This document shows, piece by piece, positions 63,981-64,000 of a stretch of DNA of 64,000 nt (its first letter is position 1; each line of letters starts with the position of its first letter). Below the pieces are notes generated by a model. The model made no database searches, had not been told where the DNA came from, and saw nothing but the letters and a program-made list of their open reading frames with translations. Source of the stretch: an uncultured Verrucomicrobiae bacterium (GTDB taxonomy: Bacteria > Verrucomicrobiota > Verrucomicrobiia > Limisphaerales > JAFGQR01); NCBI GenBank assembly GCA_963788655.1, contig CAWBHS010000080.1, positions 1-64,000 of the forward strand, in the 5' to 3' direction. The translations under genes were made by a program, and so were the position numbers.

Positions 63981-64000
63981 TTAAAATGACCAATCACCAA

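Overview
GC-rich bacterial chromosome segment, most likely Verrucomicrobiota/PVC. This is inferred from the prepilin/H-X9-DG proteins, DUF1080, DUF5703 and the PVC-type palindromic repeats. Housekeeping genes (mutS, der, tRNA-Leu(CAG), MoxR/DUF58, LysR) are interspersed with many secreted glycan-active proteins: heparinase II/III-like, beta-propeller GH, beta-helix, GH99/WbsX-like, GH50-like and an isochorismatase-GH95 fusion. Many genes carry 1-nt frameshifts, probably long-read errors. The main highlights are: (1) an ORF-less group IIB intron (3330-4146, minus strand) whose EBS1/EBS2 pair with a flanking integron attC-like GTTRR core; (2) a seven-gene PspA / SBP-OmpA / vWA / SHOCT envelope operon with three substrate-binding proteins but no adjacent permease or ATPase; (3) at least four REP/REPIN-like repeat families, with one copy translated in frame inside a kinase-uridylyltransferase fusion; (4) an H-NS-like basic protein, a vapBC module and a small MITE. 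All family assignments come from motif recognition by eye; no database searches were run.
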